A DNA stretch of 64,000 nucleotides from Tissierellia bacterium. GTDB lineage: Bacteria; Bacillota; Clostridia; Tissierellales; Tepidimicrobiaceae. The stretch is taken from contig JAAYHX010000005.1 in the NCBI GenBank assembly GCA_012735215.1, positions 2,017-66,016 on the forward strand, written 5' to 3'. The notes beneath the pieces are model-generated. The model had not been told where the DNA came from. It ran no database searches and saw only the letters and a list, made by a program, of their open reading frames with translations. How positions within the stretch are numbered: position 1 is the stretch's first letter; the number at the start of each line of letters is the position of its first letter. Below are positions 1 to 11,865 of this stretch, one piece after another. The position numbers and the translations under genes were made by a program.

Positions 1-128
1 ACTCCACTTACTACCCTTATTACCTCATATATAAATGGCTCTCTTATCCTTTGGAATGTGTCTGAATTAGAAACGGATTTTAACTCTCCATTCACTATAT
101 AATATTGTTTAATAGCTTCACCCTTCAT
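1..128 (-). CDS. fold-type IV (branched-chain/D-amino-acid) aminotransferase-like protein, N-terminal fragment running off the window
   Basis: Manual minus-strand translation from ATG 126-128: MKGEAIKQYYIVNGELKSVSNSDTFQRIREPFIYEVIRVVSG. GGGGGA RBS 5 nt upstream. The YEVIRV-type N-terminus is typical of class IV aminotransferases. Only 42 aa are visible. Confidence 0.35.
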   Translation of the reverse strand, partial: MKGEAIKQYYIVNGELKSVSNSDTFQRIREPFIYEVIRVVSG

Positions 129-150
129 CTTGATCCCCCATTGTCATAAA

Positions 151-1020
151 CTACTCCTGTATAGCCTTAATATTCTCATTAACTATATCCCTCTTAATCT
201 TTAATAGCTCCATACTGTTACTTTCTAAAGCCTTTTGCATGTCAGTGATTGATAAGGATAGTTTTTCTAAGTCCTTTACCTTATCCTCTTTTAACTTTTG
301 TCTAAGCCTTGAGGTATGTTCTTGTGTTTCGTCTAACAATTTATTTGCTTCTTCCTTGTTCCCATTTTGAGATAAGATTAAGGCCTGATGTGCAGAATAC
401 TTTATTCTTAATAGATCTCCTCTTATTTCATCTTTATATAGATCGAAAAAGGCTGCTAGAGTATTAAAAGCTTTACTACCCTTATCTAATATACTCTTAA
501 TATCTCTATTTTCAACAGCAACAGTTAAATCATTTAAATCCTTTTTAAACTCTTCTCCTTTTCCAGCAGTAGCCCCCTTCTCAAGCCCTTCTACTTCGTA
601 ACTATTCCAACTCTTGTGAATTTCTTCAAGACCTTTATCTACTTCCTGCCACTTCATAAACAGCTCCTCAGCCTTAGTCCTTGTATCCTGTTTCTTGCTT
701 TCCTGACCTTGATTTTTACTCTCCTGCTTACCCTGTTCTTGATTTTGTTCATTGGATTCCTTGCTCTGATTATCCTTACCCTTAGATTCTTCTTCCTTTG
801 AATTCATAGCCTGGAATTCTTGTTCCGTGAGTTCCATTAACTCTTCTATTGAATCTATTGATAAGAGCAGACTATCCAATCCATCAGATACCTTACTTAA
901 AGTCTCTGGGGCTTTTTCCTTTTTTTCCACATTCTTGCCTTCTTCACCTTTTTGATTCATGCAAGATGATAATAAAACAGATAAAATAATAACTAATACT
1001 AAGTAAAGCCTTTTTCTCAA
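151..1020 (-). CDS. putative lipoprotein with Glu/Lys/Gln/Ser-rich low-complexity linker, unknown function
   Basis: ORF 151..1029. Signal peptide plus lipobox (VLLSSC). Probable TTG start at 1020, 5-6 nt after GAGGTG. Low-complexity stretch EESKGKDNQSKESNEQNQEQGKQESKNQGQESKKQD. No family recognised. Confidence 0.55.
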   Translation of the reverse strand: MRKRLYLVLVIILSVLLSSCMNQKGEEGKNVEKKEKAPETLSKVSDGLDSLLLSIDSIEELMELTEQEFQAMNSKEEESKGKDNQSKESNEQNQEQGKQESKNQGQESKKQDTRTKAEELFMKWQEVDKGLEEIHKSWNSYEVEGLEKGATAGKGEEFKKDLNDLTVAVENRDIKSILDKGSKAFNTLAAFFDLYKDEIRGDLLRIKYSAHQALILSQNGNKEEANKLLDETQEHTSRLRQKLKEDKVKDLEKLSLSITDMQKALESNSMELLKIKRDIVNENIKAIQE

Positions 1021-1073
1021 GATTATCACCTCTTAGGATAGTTTCTCCCCTAATACATTTTTTATCCTAGTTA

Positions 1074-2528
1074 CTATAAGATGGGTGATAATAATCTTGA
1101 AAAGGATTCCTTAAGTTTTATTATATTGGATCTATTGTCATAAACTTCAGTAGTAATCTCCTTACAAAGCTTTAAATCTAAATTAAATTGTTCTACCATC
1201 CTTCTATTAATTTCTTCATCATATATGAAGGCATTTACTTCAAAATTAAGCTTAAAGCTTCTTATATCCAAATTTGCAGTACCTATAGATGTAACAAAAT
1301 CATCCATAATGAAGGTTTTGCAATGTAAAAAGCCATTTTCATAGGTATAGAATTTTACTCCTGCTTCCAACAGCTCTCCTATATAGGAAAGGCCTGCCCA
1401 GTATACAAAGGGATGATCTGGTTTATGCGGTATCATTATCTTTACATCTACTCCCGAAAGACCAGCTACTTTTAATGCATCATAGATGCTATCATCGGGT
1501 ATAAAGTAAGGAGTCTGTATATAGATCCTCTTCCTTGCTTTGGTAATCATGCTAAAATACCCATCCTTTATACTTGCCCACTGGGAATCAGGACCACTGC
1601 TTACTATTTGGACACCAGACTTGCCACTACTTCTCTTGGCCGGTAAATCAGTGTTATGAGTAATATCGTCTCTAGCTGCAAACCTCCAATCCTTAATAAA
1701 CCTCCACTTTAGTTCCTCAACAGCTGAACCTCTTATTCTTATATGGGTATCTCTCCAAAACCCAAATTTCTTAGACAAGCCTAGGTACTCATCTCCTATA
1801 TTAAATCCTCCAATATAAGCTTCTTCTCCATCAATTATACATATCTTCCTGTGATTTCTATAGTTTATCCTAAAACTAAAATAGGAAAGAAAAGGAGGAA
1901 AGAATACTGCAACTTTTCCTCCTGCCCTTTTAAATTCCTTGAAGTAATTCTTGGCAAGTTTTCTTCCTCCCATGCCGTCATAGAGGAATTTAACCTCTAC
2001 CCCTTCCTTAGCCTTCTCTGTCAATGCAGAAATTAGCTTTCTACCAATACTGTCACTCCTTACAATGTAGTACTCTAGGTATATATATCTTTTGGCCTTA
2101 GATATGCTTTCTAAAAGCGCTTCAAACTTTTCTTTACCTGTAAAATACAACTCTATTTCATTATCATCAGAGAAATAGGATTGGCTGGTTAAAATATGCA
2201 TATTTACAAGGCCTTCATACTCTTCTGTCTTGGGATTGGAAAACCTATAAATATCCTTCCTTATCCTTTCCCCTTGGCAAAGAACCATTTCTTTAATATG
2301 CCTGTCTTCTTCCTCTTTCAGCTGAAACATCCTTTTCTTGCTAAAGTCTTGGGCAAGAAATAGGTATAGTATAAATCCAATCCCAGGTAGAAAGATTATT
2401 ACCATAAACCAAAGCCATGTAGATGTAGGATTTTTTCTTTGTGAAAATACTATGAGTATAGCAAATAACATGTTAATCCAAAAGTTATTTCTTAACAGCC
2501 ATATATACCCATCGATAATAGATTCCAT
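1074..2528 (-). CDS. cls: cardiolipin synthase
   Basis: 484 aa. Two N-terminal TM helices and two PLD HKD motifs (HRKICIIDGEEAYIGGFNIGDEY; HCKTFIMDDFVTSIGTANLD). Confidence 0.9.
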   Translation of the reverse strand: MESIIDGYIWLLRNNFWINMLFAILIVFSQRKNPTSTWLWFMVIIFLPGIGFILYLFLAQDFSKKRMFQLKEEEDRHIKEMVLCQGERIRKDIYRFSNPKTEEYEGLVNMHILTSQSYFSDDNEIELYFTGKEKFEALLESISKAKRYIYLEYYIVRSDSIGRKLISALTEKAKEGVEVKFLYDGMGGRKLAKNYFKEFKRAGGKVAVFFPPFLSYFSFRINYRNHRKICIIDGEEAYIGGFNIGDEYLGLSKKFGFWRDTHIRIRGSAVEELKWRFIKDWRFAARDDITHNTDLPAKRSSGKSGVQIVSSGPDSQWASIKDGYFSMITKARKRIYIQTPYFIPDDSIYDALKVAGLSGVDVKIMIPHKPDHPFVYWAGLSYIGELLEAGVKFYTYENGFLHCKTFIMDDFVTSIGTANLDIRSFKLNFEVNAFIYDEEINRRMVEQFNLDLKLCKEITTEVYDNRSNIIKLKESFSRLLSPIL

Positions 2529-2549
2529 AATATCACCACTGATCGTGAT

Positions 2550-4379
2550 TTAGTTATGCTTTTTTGCTTTATATCTCTTATTCGAATCCAAGATCTTTTT
2601 TCTTATTCTTATGTTTTCTGGGGTTATCTCAATTAATTCATCTTCCTCTATGAAGTCAATAGCTTCTTCTAAGGTCATCTTCCTTGGAGGGGATAGTTTT
2701 AATGCATCATCTGAACCTGCAGCTCTTATATTTGTCTGATGTTTCCTTCTACATACATTTACCTCTATATCAAGCCCCTTAGGATTTGACCCAATGACCA
2801 TTCCCCCATAGACTTCAGTTCCTGGAGTTATAAACAATACTCCTCTTTCTTGGGCTTGGTGGAGACCATAAGTTGTGGCTTCTCCTGTTTCAAAGGAAAT
2901 AAGAGATCCTTCCTTTCTTGTTGGTATATCACCTTTATAGGATTCATACCCGTCAAATACTGAATTTAAAATACCGTTTCCCTTAGTATCTGTCATAAAC
3001 TCCTGACCATATCCTATTAAGCCTCTGGCTGGAATAGTAAAGATAAGTCTTACATATCCTCCCTTGGATTCAGACATGCTTATAAGCTCGCCTTTTCTCC
3101 TGCCTAGCTTTTCTATAACTACACCAATATACTCTTCTGTAACGTCTATATATACTCTTTCTATAGGCTCTAGCTTTCTGCCATCTTGGTCATATTTATA
3201 TAATACTACAGGCTTAGACACTTGAAATTCATAGCCTTCTCTTCTCATATTCTCAATTAAAACTGAAAGATGTAGTTCACCTCTTCCAGATACTTTAAAG
3301 GCATCTGTAGAATCAGTTTCCTCTACCCTTAAGCTTACATCCGTTTGCAATTCCTTAAACAATCTGTTTCTTAGCTGCCTTGATGTGACATACTTTCCTT
3401 CCCTGCCTGCAAAGGGACTATCATTAACTGAAAAAGTCATGGCTATAGTTGGTTCAGATATCTGTACAAAGGAAAGAGGTTCAGGGTATTCTGCATGGCA
3501 TATAGTATCTCCTATTTGGATTCCCTCTACTCCTGTTACTGCTATTATACTACCTACCGATGACTCTTCAACTGGTATCCTTTTTAGTCCTTCAAACTCA
3601 AATATATTTGTAATCTTAACCTTCTTTTGATAATCTGCCTTCTCCTTATTGACGATTACAGCTTCCTGATTTACTCTAATTTTCCCTCTTTCAATTTTAC
3701 CAATTCCAATTCTTCCTATATAGTCATTATAATCTATAGTAGAAATCAACACTTGCAAAGGTTCGTCTACATCTCCCTCAGGTGCGGGAATATGCTTTAT
3801 TATAGCTTGAAACAAGTCCTGCATGTCACTTTTACTATCCTTCAAGTCAAAGGTAGCGTATCCTTCCTTAGCTGAAGCAAATACACAAGGAGAATCCAAG
3901 TATTCTTCACTAGCTCCTAACTCTATCAGCAGATCTAGTACTTCATCAACTACTTCTCCTGGTCTTGCCTCAGGCCTATCTATCTTGTTAATGCAGATAA
4001 CTGCTGGTAAATCTAGTTCTATTGCCTTTTTCAAAACAAATCTTGTTTGAGGCATAGGCCCTTCAAAGGCATCCACAATTAGTATTACTCCATCAACCAT
4101 TTTTAAAACCCGTTCTACTTCTCCACCAAAATCAGCATGTCCAGGAGTATCCACTATGTTAATCTTTACTCCATTATAATGGACGGCTGTATTTTTTGCC
4201 AGAATAGTTATGCCCCTTTCCCTTTCTATATCATTAGAGTCCATAACCCTTTCTTCTACAACTTGATTTTCTCTAAATACTCCACTTTGCTTTAGTAAGC
4301 TATCTACCAGAGTAGTCTTGCCATGGTCTACATGAGCAATAATTGCTATGTTCCTAATATCGTCTCGTGTAACCTTCAT
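2550..4379 (-). CDS. typA: translational GTPase TypA/BipA
   Basis: 609 aa. G-motifs [24 protein letters not shown]-like domain order and length match BipA. Confidence 0.95.
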   Translation of the reverse strand: MKVTRDDIRNIAIIAHVDHGKTTLVDSLLKQSGVFRENQVVEERVMDSNDIERERGITILAKNTAVHYNGVKINIVDTPGHADFGGEVERVLKMVDGVILIVDAFEGPMPQTRFVLKKAIELDLPAVICINKIDRPEARPGEVVDEVLDLLIELGASEEYLDSPCVFASAKEGYATFDLKDSKSDMQDLFQAIIKHIPAPEGDVDEPLQVLISTIDYNDYIGRIGIGKIERGKIRVNQEAVIVNKEKADYQKKVKITNIFEFEGLKRIPVEESSVGSIIAVTGVEGIQIGDTICHAEYPEPLSFVQISEPTIAMTFSVNDSPFAGREGKYVTSRQLRNRLFKELQTDVSLRVEETDSTDAFKVSGRGELHLSVLIENMRREGYEFQVSKPVVLYKYDQDGRKLEPIERVYIDVTEEYIGVVIEKLGRRKGELISMSESKGGYVRLIFTIPARGLIGYGQEFMTDTKGNGILNSVFDGYESYKGDIPTRKEGSLISFETGEATTYGLHQAQERGVLFITPGTEVYGGMVIGSNPKGLDIEVNVCRRKHQTNIRAAGSDDALKLSPPRKMTLEEAIDFIEEDELIEITPENIRIRKKILDSNKRYKAKKHN

Positions 4380-4456
4380 AAAATATAATCACTTCCTGTT
4401 TCTAACTTGATTTATATGCCAAAGCAATTTTACCACAATATATACTTTTATTACAA

Positions 4457-4485
4457 CAAAAAATATGACAGGATAGTCCTGTCAT
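4457..4485 (-). terminator. intrinsic terminator downstream of the HATPase gene
   Basis: Perfect 9-bp stem ATGACAGGA/TCCTGTCAT (4465-4485), followed on the minus strand by a U-tract (plus-strand A-run 4457-4463). Confidence 0.75.
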
Positions 4486-4497
4486 ACCCACTGGATT

Positions 4498-4965
4498 CTA
4501 TAGGTGTTTGACTGCTATAACTCTGTTTTTATCAATGTAAAACTCATCGCACAATCTGTCCACAAGTACAAGCCCTCTTCCACAGCACTTTAACTCATCA
4601 GGATCATAAGAGGAGACATCATAGTCTATGCCGTTACCCTCATCTACCACTTCTATTTTCACATAGTCTTCCTCCACATCCAGTAAAAGGTATACATTTT
4701 TACTTATGTCACAACAATTTCCGTGTATGACCCCGTTTACAATAAGTTCGTTTATTATCAATCTGATATCAAACATCAGATCTTCATCAACAATTATCTC
4801 TGTTAATCTGTTCAATGCATTTTGTATGAAAACCTTTACATCGTTTAAATTGCTGCACACAGAGCCTCTAAATATTAACGCCATCCAACTCACGCCTATC
4901 CGTAATATTTTTTCTGCTATTATAATTCTACCCATATCTGCTTTCTTTAACTCAAATATAAACAT
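4498..4965 (-). CDS. SpoIIAB/RsbW-like anti-sigma serine kinase (HATPase_c), orphan
   Basis: N-box ELIVNGVIHGN, G-boxes DEGNGID and GRGLVLVD, size about 130-155 aa. Start is uncertain (ATG at 4965, 4935 or 4884; none has a strong RBS). No anti-anti-sigma or sigma factor gene is adjacent. Confidence 0.6.
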   Translation of the reverse strand: MFIFELKKADMGRIIIAEKILRIGVSWMALIFRGSVCSNLNDVKVFIQNALNRLTEIIVDEDLMFDIRLIINELIVNGVIHGNCCDISKNVYLLLDVEEDYVKIEVVDEGNGIDYDVSSYDPDELKCCGRGLVLVDRLCDEFYIDKNRVIAVKHL

Positions 4966-5059
4966 ATATAATACTATTTTAGCAAATTTTTTGCCATAGT
5001 GGTTTGAAATATTATAAATTGGGTAATATTTTATTAATACATATGAAAGGGGAGTTTTT

Positions 5060-5221
5060 ATGGACAGATATGTTTGTGAACCTTGTGGATACGTCTATGA
5101 TCCAGAAGTTGGCGACCCAGATAATGGTGTAGAACCAGGTACACCTTTCGAAGAACTACCAGATGATTGGGTATGCCCAATATGTGGTGCCCCAAAGGAA
5201 GATTTCGTTAAAGAAGAATAA
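5060..5221 (+). CDS. rubredoxin
   Basis: 53-aa ORF, below the ORF-track cutoff: [53 protein letters not shown]. Carries both CxxCG knuckles (CEPCG, CPICG). GGGGAG RBS 7 nt upstream. Confidence 0.92.
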   Translation: MDRYVCEPCGYVYDPEVGDPDNGVEPGTPFEELPDDWVCPICGAPKEDFVKEE

Positions 5222-5260
5222 ATAAGAAGCAGCCATTCTATTAGGATGGCTGCTTCTTAT
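5222..5260. terminator. bidirectional terminator hairpin between rubredoxin and engB
   Basis: Perfect 15-bp stem ATAAGAAGCAGCCAT / ATGGCTGCTTCTTAT with a 9-nt loop. The 3' arm overlaps the last codons of engB. Flanks are U-rich on both strands. Confidence 0.8.
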
Positions 5261-5840
5261 TTAATATGCTCTCAATTCCATCCCACACTTTATCCTTATT
5301 GATCTTTGAAGCAGATGAGTAAGGTATTATCAAATGGGAACTGTCTGTCTTCAACTTGTCCTTTACCATCTTAATATGCTTATGAAATTTTCCCTTAGAG
5401 ATCTTATCTGCCTTTGTAGCTACAACTAATCCCTCAAAATTGTAAGACCTAATCCAGCTATACATTTGCACATCTAATTGGGTAGGTTCATGCCTAATGT
5501 CTACTAAGAGTATGATTCCCTTTATATTCTTTCTTGAACTTAGATACTCTTCAATAATATGTCCCCATTTGTCTTTTTCTTTTTTTGAAACTTTAGCATA
5601 TCCATATCCAGGCAAATCAACAAATCGAAAACTATCATTTATATTATAAAAGTTTATAGTTCTTGTCTTGCCCGGTTTGCCGCTAGTTCTTGCTAAATTA
5701 TTCCTGTTGACCATGGAATTTATAAAGCTGGATTTTCCTACATTTGACCTGCCTACTAGAACAATCTCTGGCAGATTATCATCAGGATATTGACTCTTTT
5801 CCACTGCTATCTTTTCCAAGTCAGCTTTAATTATCTTCAT
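5241..5840 (-). CDS. engB: ribosome-biogenesis GTPase EngB/YsxC
   Basis: 199 aa. P-loop [25 protein letters not shown]. The lon-engB gene order is conserved. Confidence 0.9.
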   Translation of the reverse strand: MKIIKADLEKIAVEKSQYPDDNLPEIVLVGRSNVGKSSFINSMVNRNNLARTSGKPGKTRTINFYNINDSFRFVDLPGYGYAKVSKKEKDKWGHIIEEYLSSRKNIKGIILLVDIRHEPTQLDVQMYSWIRSYNFEGLVVATKADKISKGKFHKHIKMVKDKLKTDSSHLIIPYSSASKINKDKVWDGIESILNKKQPS

Positions 5841-8187
5841 GGCTTCCTTCCTCTTTCACCAATGCATGTTCTAATACTTCATCCATATCTTTTACCAAAA
5901 CAAACTCCATCTTCCTTCTAATCTTATTTGGGATATCTTGCAGGTCCCTACTGTTTTCATAGGGCAACAAGACCTTTTTGATGCCAATTCTATTGGCTGC
6001 CAGTACTTTTTCCTTTATTCCTCCAACGGGCAATATTCTGCCTCTTAAGGTAATCTCTCCAGTCATGGATACATCTTTGTTGACGGGTATATTGGTCAAG
6101 GCAGATATGACTGCAGTGGCCATAGTTATTCCCGCTGATGGACCATCCTTAGGAATAGCCCCTTCTGGCACATGAATATGCAAATCCATGTCCTTATAGA
6201 AGTTGCTATCTACACCAAGTCTATCAGAGTTGGCTCTTATATAGCTAACACCTGCCATAGCTGATTCCTTCATCACTTCCCCTAATTTGCCTGTAAGCTG
6301 CAGCTTTCCAGTTCCTTTCATGCAATTTACCTCAATTGAAAGGGTTTCTCCTCCAAAAGAGGTCCAGGCTAATCCTGTTGCTACACCTACCTGGTTTTCT
6401 CCTTGAGCCATATCTGGAAGATATTTTTCCTTACCCAAATATTTTGGAACATTGTCTCTATTAATCCTTACAACTGTCTGTTTAGATTCAACTATGTTTT
6501 TGGCAACCTTTCTGCATATATTGGCTATATTTCTTTCTAATTCTCTAACTCCTGATTCCCTAGTGTATTCATTGATTATTTTCCTTACAGCATTCTCTGA
6601 AATTATTAGATTTTTCTCCTTTAATCCATGCTCCTTGATTTGTTTTGGAATAAGGTGATTTTCTGCAATTTTTACCTTTTCCTCTTCTGTATATCCACTA
6701 AGCCTTATGACTTCCATACGGTCTAGTAGGGGAGCAGGTATTGTACTAGTGCTATTGGCTGTGGTGATAAACAAAACTTTGGATAAGTCAAAAGGTACAT
6801 CCAAATAATGATCCGAAAAAGTGCTGTTTTGTTCTGGATCAAGTATTTCAAGTAATGCACTTGCAGGATCCCCTCTAAAGCTAGAACTTAGCTTGTCAAT
6901 TTCATCAAATAAGAAGACTGGATTCTTTGTGCCTGCTCTTCTCATTAGAGATATTACTCTACCAGGCATAGCTCCCACATAGGTTCTTCTATGGCCTCTT
7001 AGTTCTGCCTCATCCTGGACTCCACCCAAAGACATCCTTATAAACTTCCTATTTAGTGACTCGGCTATTGATTTAGCAATAGATGTCTTTCCAACTCCTG
7101 GAGGTCCCAACAAGCATAGGATAGGACCTTTTATCTTATTGGTAAGCTTCCTTATAGCTATAAATTCTAATATTCTCTCCTTAACATCATATAAGCCATA
7201 GTGGTCCCTGTTTAGTATTTCTCGAGCTCTTTTTATATCCACCTTATCTTTAGTCTCAATAGACCAAGGAAGATCAAGGAGCCAATCCAAGTAATTTCTG
7301 ATGACTGTTGCTTCTGCAGAATGGTCTGACATCCTCTCAAGTCTTTCCACTTCTTTGAGGGCCTTTTTCTTTACCTCCTCAGGCATATCTATCTCTTCAA
7401 TCTTCTCTTTATATTCTTCTACTTCCTTGTCTATGCCTTCATCTTCTCCTAGTTCCCTCTGGATGGCCCTAAGCTGTTCCTTCAGATAGTATTCTTTTTG
7501 GACTTTGGATATCTGGGATTTAACTCGCTGGTTTATTCTTTCTTCAATTTTTAATAGCTCAATTTCCTCACTAAGCATTTGATGGAGGAGTTCCAATCTT
7601 TCATAGAAATCCAAGGTCTCTAATATTTTTTGGTGTTCATCTGGTTTAAAGTTTATGTAAGAAGATATAACATCTGCCAGCCTTCCTGGATCCTCTATGT
7701 CTGTAACTGTAAGCAATATATCTGCTGCCATCCTATTGTTTAGTCTCAAATAATCTTCAAAATCACTGATTACCAATCTCATAGCTGCTTTAATTTCCTT
7801 GGTAACAACTATGCTATCAGGATCATAAACATATTCGTCTATATCAGCTTCAAAGTATTCATCTTCTTTAACTATATTGACAATTTTCCCTCTGTTTATG
7901 CCTTCCACTAATACTCTTATACTACCACCAGGCAGCTTCAACATTTGTTTTATTTTAGAAACAGTCCCAATATGATAGAATTCTTCTTCAGTTGGGTCCT
8001 CAGTTTTAGCATCTTTTTGGGTGCATAAAAAGATATAGGAATCATTTACCATAGAATTCTCTAGCGCCTTAATTGATTTTTCTCTACCTACATCGAAATG
8101 GATAACCATATGAGGAAATACAGACAGTCCTCTTAATGGTATAAGGGGAATGGTTCTTCTTACAATCTGATAAAACTCCCTATCCAT
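5827..8187 (-). CDS. lon: ATP-dependent Lon protease
   Basis: Lon N-domain, Walker [10 protein letters not shown], catalytic-Ser motif PKDGPSAG. Start moved from 8232 to ATG 8187 (MDREFYQ...), which follows an AAGGAG RBS. Confidence 0.95.
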   Translation of the reverse strand: MDREFYQIVRRTIPLIPLRGLSVFPHMVIHFDVGREKSIKALENSMVNDSYIFLCTQKDAKTEDPTEEEFYHIGTVSKIKQMLKLPGGSIRVLVEGINRGKIVNIVKEDEYFEADIDEYVYDPDSIVVTKEIKAAMRLVISDFEDYLRLNNRMAADILLTVTDIEDPGRLADVISSYINFKPDEHQKILETLDFYERLELLHQMLSEEIELLKIEERINQRVKSQISKVQKEYYLKEQLRAIQRELGEDEGIDKEVEEYKEKIEEIDMPEEVKKKALKEVERLERMSDHSAEATVIRNYLDWLLDLPWSIETKDKVDIKRAREILNRDHYGLYDVKERILEFIAIRKLTNKIKGPILCLLGPPGVGKTSIAKSIAESLNRKFIRMSLGGVQDEAELRGHRRTYVGAMPGRVISLMRRAGTKNPVFLFDEIDKLSSSFRGDPASALLEILDPEQNSTFSDHYLDVPFDLSKVLFITTANSTSTIPAPLLDRMEVIRLSGYTEEEKVKIAENHLIPKQIKEHGLKEKNLIISENAVRKIINEYTRESGVRELERNIANICRKVAKNIVESKQTVVRINRDNVPKYLGKEKYLPDMAQGENQVGVATGLAWTSFGGETLSIEVNCMKGTGKLQLTGKLGEVMKESAMAGVSYIRANSDRLGVDSNFYKDMDLHIHVPEGAIPKDGPSAGITMATAVISALTNIPVNKDVSMTGEITLRGRILPVGGIKEKVLAANRIGIKKVLLPYENSRDLQDIPNKIRRKMEFVLVKDMDEVLEHALVKEEGSHEDN

Positions 8188-8292
8188 AGAATCACTCCTT
8201 TCTGTACTGAGACTATTATTTCCTACAATCAAAAGCTATTGTTTATCAATTTTTCCTTTAGTTACAAAAAGGCTCACATATGTGAGCCTTTA

Positions 8293-9570
8293 TTAAGAAA
8301 CTGATTCTTTGTTGTCCTTTTTTCTACTCTTATTTTTTGCTTTCTTATCAGAAAGAACTAGAGTAGGTTCTCCTGTCTCTATTGTTTCCTTAGTGATTAG
8401 ACATTTTTCAATATCTCCTCTTGAGGGAATTTCATACATTATATCTAAAAGATTCTCCTCTAGAATACTTCTAAGTCCTCTTGCGCCAGTTTTTCTTTCT
8501 ATTGCTTTTCTAGCTATGGCTCTTAGAGCTTCCTCTTCAAACTCTAATTCCACATCATCCATTTTAAACAATTCCTTGTACTGTTTAACCAATGAATTTT
8601 TAGGTTCTACTAGGATATCTACAAGTGCATTTTCATCTAACTCTTCTAAAGTAACAATTACTGGTAATCTACCTACAAATTCAGGAATTAAACCATATTT
8701 TAATAGATCTTCTGGCTGTATTTTCTTTAACAATTCTCCTGTGGATTCATTTACCTTGCTCTTTATATCAGCTCCGAATCCCATGGCTTTAGATCCTATT
8801 CTATTTTGTATTATCTTTTCTATTCCATCAAAGGCTCCACCAACTATGAATAGAATATTAGTTGTGTCCACTTGTATAAATTCTTGATGTGGATGTTTTC
8901 TTCCTCCTTGAGGAGGTACATTAGCAATAGTCCCTTCAAGAATCTTAAGCAAAGCCTGCTGTACTCCTTCTCCACTTACATCCCTTGTAATAGAAGGATT
9001 CTCTGATTTACGAGCTATCTTGTCAATCTCATCTATATAAACTATACCTTTTTCTGCTCTTTCAATATCATAGTCTGCTGCTTGTATCAACTTTAATATT
9101 ATATTTTCAACATCTTCTCCCACATACCCTGCTTCTGTCAATGATGTAGCATCTGCAATTGCAAAGGGGACGTTTAAGATTTTAGCTAATGTTTGAGCAA
9201 GCAGAGTTTTTCCTGATCCTGTTGGTCCAATCATTATAATGTTGCTCTTCTGAAGCTCAACATCACTTGATTTAGACACCTTCTTATTTATTCTCTTATA
9301 ATGGTTATATACTGCAACAGCTAATGCTCTTTTGGCCCTTTCCTGTCTGATTACGTATTCGTCTAAGGTTCCCTTAATTGTACTTGGTATGGGCAATTCT
9401 TTAAGCTCTTCGTCGTAAGTTTCCATAAACTCTTCATTTATTATCTCTTGGCAAAGTTCAATACATTCATCACAAATAAACACATTGGGTCCTGCTATGA
9501 GCCTGCGTACCTGATCCTGTGACTTGCCACAAAAAGAGCATCTAAGCTGCTTGTCATCGTTCTTCGACAT
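8293..9570 (-). CDS. clpX: ATP-dependent Clp protease ATP-binding subunit ClpX
   Basis: Zn finger CSFCGK...CDEC, Walker [12 protein letters not shown]-type loop. ATG 9570 follows a GAGGTG RBS; the track start at 9576 is a GTG two codons upstream. Confidence 0.95.
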   Translation of the reverse strand: MSKNDDKQLRCSFCGKSQDQVRRLIAGPNVFICDECIELCQEIINEEFMETYDEELKELPIPSTIKGTLDEYVIRQERAKRALAVAVYNHYKRINKKVSKSSDVELQKSNIIMIGPTGSGKTLLAQTLAKILNVPFAIADATSLTEAGYVGEDVENIILKLIQAADYDIERAEKGIVYIDEIDKIARKSENPSITRDVSGEGVQQALLKILEGTIANVPPQGGRKHPHQEFIQVDTTNILFIVGGAFDGIEKIIQNRIGSKAMGFGADIKSKVNESTGELLKKIQPEDLLKYGLIPEFVGRLPVIVTLEELDENALVDILVEPKNSLVKQYKELFKMDDVELEFEEEALRAIARKAIERKTGARGLRSILEENLLDIMYEIPSRGDIEKCLITKETIETGEPTLVLSDKKAKNKSRKKDNKESVS

Positions 9571-9588
9571 TATCACACCTCACTTAAC

Positions 9589-10170
9589 TTATTTTCGAGT
9601 TATTACTTCATCTATTATACCATATTCTTTAGCTTGCTCTGCTGTCATAAAGAAATCTCTATCGGTATCTCTTCTAATCTTTTCAAGAGGCTGGCCTGTT
9701 CTCTCGCTTAATATCTTATTTATCAACTCTCTGGTTTGAAGAATTTTTTCTGCATGAATTCTAATGTCTTCAGCCTGACCACGAGCCCCTCCTAAAGGTT
9801 GATGGATCATTATATCTGCATTAGGCAAAGCAAATCTTTTGCCTTTTGCACCAGCTGCAAGTAAAAATGCCCCCATGCTAGCTGCCATACCAATGCATAT
9901 AGTTGATACATCAGGCTTTATATATTGCATAGTATCATATATTGCAAATCCAGCACTTACAGAACCACCTGGACTATTTATATAAAGTTGTATATCCTTA
10001 TCTGGATCTTCAGCCTCTAAAAACAATAGTTGAGCTACTACCAGATTAGCTGTTACATTATTTACTTCATCCCCAAGAAAGATAATTCTCTCCTTTAACA
10101 ACCTAGAATATATATCGTAGGATCTTTCACCTCTACTGGTCTGCTCCACTACAATTGGCACTAATGCCAT
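9589..10170 (-). CDS. clpP: ATP-dependent Clp protease proteolytic subunit
   Basis: 193 aa. Catalytic Ser in GMAASMGA, His in MIHQP, Asp in RDTDRD. Confidence 0.95.
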   Translation of the reverse strand: MALVPIVVEQTSRGERSYDIYSRLLKERIIFLGDEVNNVTANLVVAQLLFLEAEDPDKDIQLYINSPGGSVSAGFAIYDTMQYIKPDVSTICIGMAASMGAFLLAAGAKGKRFALPNADIMIHQPLGGARGQAEDIRIHAEKILQTRELINKILSERTGQPLEKIRRDTDRDFFMTAEQAKEYGIIDEVITRK

Positions 10171-10190
10171 AGTTATCCCTCCTAAAAAAG

Positions 10191-11480
10191 TTAAATAGTC
10201 TTAGCGTTGTTCACTAATAGATCTATTATCTTATCTCTGATTATACCCGCTTCTAAAAATGATAAATCTCCTTTTTTCATGTTAGCCTTAAATTTATCTA
10301 CATCTTCTTGGTTATATTCTTTAGCTATCTTCTCTAATTCCTTGTCGATATCTCCTTCTGTAGCTTCTATCTTCTCTTCTTTGCTTATTGCTTCAAATAC
10401 TAAATCTGTTTTAACCTTCTTCTCTGCTATAGGCTTAAGCTGCTCTTTCAAATCCTCTAACTTGGAATTAGTTAATTGTAGGTACTGGTCTAAACCTAAT
10501 CCTTGTAGGCTTAATCTATAATCAAAGTCCTTTAATTCATGTTCTATTTGATGTTCTATCATAGCCTCTGGTATATCTACTTCAGAGTCTTCTACTACCT
10601 TATCCACAATTTTATTTTCAAATTCTACCTTTTCCTTTTCTTTTGCTTCTTTTTCTAAACGCTCTCTTATGTTGTTTTTATATTCCTCTAATGTATCAAA
10701 TTCACTAACATCTTTTGCAAACTCATCATCCAATACTGGCAATTCCTTTTCCTTTACTTCGTGGATAACTACTTCAAAAGTGGCCTCTTTTCCTTTAAGA
10801 CCCTCTTCAAAATAATCTTCAGGGAAAGTTACCTTAACATCTACTTTATCTCCCTTTTTCTTTCCAATTAATTGCTCTTCAAATCCTGGTATAAAAGTAT
10901 TGGATCCAATTTCTAATCTTTGACCTTCAGCTGTTCCACCTTCAAACTGCTCCCCGTCTACAAATCCTTTGAAGTCTATAGTAAGTATGTCTCCTTCTTT
11001 AGTTTCTCTATCTGAAGCATCAATAATTCTAGCATTCTTTTCTTGGATAGCCTTTAATTCTCTTTCTACATCTTCGTCTGTAACATTATATTCAACTTTT
11101 TCCACTTCTATACTCTTATAGTTGCCTAGTTTAACCTCAGGTTTTATAGTTACTTCAACATTTAAAATAACTGGTTTTCCTTTTTCAAATTGCTCTATAT
11201 CCACTTCAGGGGTATCTACTGGTTCAAGCTCTAAACTATCTACTGCATTTTCATAAGCCTCAGGCAATATAATATTTAGGGCATCTTCATAGAATATTCC
11301 TTCACCATAATTCATTTCGATTATCTTTCTTGGAGCTTTTCCCTTTCTAAAACCAGGTATATTAAATTTGCTTCTATTTTTTAGATAAGCCTTTTGTACT
11401 GCCTTTTCAAACTCTTCCTTTGTAAGTTCGATATTAAAAGATGCTTTATTATTTTCTTTATTCTTTAAAGTAAAATCCAT
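10191..11480 (-). CDS. tig: trigger factor
   Basis: N-terminal ribosome-binding motif GFRKGKAPR and a central FKBP PPIase domain. Start set to ATG 11480 (MDFTLKN...), which follows an AGAGGAG RBS. The tig-clpP-clpX-lon order is conserved. Confidence 0.93.
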   Translation of the reverse strand: MDFTLKNKENNKASFNIELTKEEFEKAVQKAYLKNRSKFNIPGFRKGKAPRKIIEMNYGEGIFYEDALNIILPEAYENAVDSLELEPVDTPEVDIEQFEKGKPVILNVEVTIKPEVKLGNYKSIEVEKVEYNVTDEDVERELKAIQEKNARIIDASDRETKEGDILTIDFKGFVDGEQFEGGTAEGQRLEIGSNTFIPGFEEQLIGKKKGDKVDVKVTFPEDYFEEGLKGKEATFEVVIHEVKEKELPVLDDEFAKDVSEFDTLEEYKNNIRERLEKEAKEKEKVEFENKIVDKVVEDSEVDIPEAMIEHQIEHELKDFDYRLSLQGLGLDQYLQLTNSKLEDLKEQLKPIAEKKVKTDLVFEAISKEEKIEATEGDIDKELEKIAKEYNQEDVDKFKANMKKGDLSFLEAGIIRDKIIDLLVNNAKTI

Positions 11481-11603
11481 TAATATGCTCCTCTCTAACG
11501 TATTTATTAATTCCAATTAAGCTAATTTATTATATCATAAAAATTATATCATATAAAATATTATTATCAATTTAATATTATGTACATTTATTATAAATAA
11601 ATA

Positions 11604-11633
11604 TTAAAAAACCAATGGATTACCCACTGGTTT
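11604..11633 (-). terminator. intrinsic terminator after tRNA-Leu
   Basis: Minus-strand stem AACCAGUGG/CCAUUGGUU (one G.U pair), followed by UUUUU. Confidence 0.7.
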
Positions 11634-11638
11634 AATAA

Positions 11639-11722
11639 TGGTGCGGGAGAGAGGACTTGAACCCCCACGTCAAAGACACTAGATCCTAAGTCTAGCGCGT
11701 CTGCCAGTTCCGCCACTCCCGC
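11639..11722 (-). tRNA. tRNA-Leu (anticodon UAG), CCA encoded
   Basis: Minus strand reads GCGGGAGTGGCGGAACTGGCAGACGCGCTAGACTTAGGATCTAGTGTCTTTGACGTGGGGGTTCAAGTCCTCTCTCCCGCACCA. The 7-bp acceptor stem is GCGGGAG/CTCCCGC. Anticodon stem CTAGA/TCTAG with loop CTTAGGA. Long variable arm, T-loop TTCAAGT. Confidence 0.92.
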
Positions 11723-11744
11723 GCGTTATTATTCTTACCATTCT

Positions 11745-11772
11745 ATTATAGCATCTTATTTTATTGTGTCAA
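11745..11772 (-). promoter_or_regulatory. sigma-A type promoter for tRNA-Leu
   Basis: The minus strand reads TTGACA, a 16-nt spacer, then TATAAT. The -10 box ends about 22 nt upstream of the tRNA 5' end. Confidence 0.6.
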
Positions 11773-11865
11773 TATAAATTTTATAAATTTATATCCTTAC
11801 CCATATTTTTTTATAATATAAACATGACAAGTCAATAGACCTATCATGTTTATATTATTTGCCTT

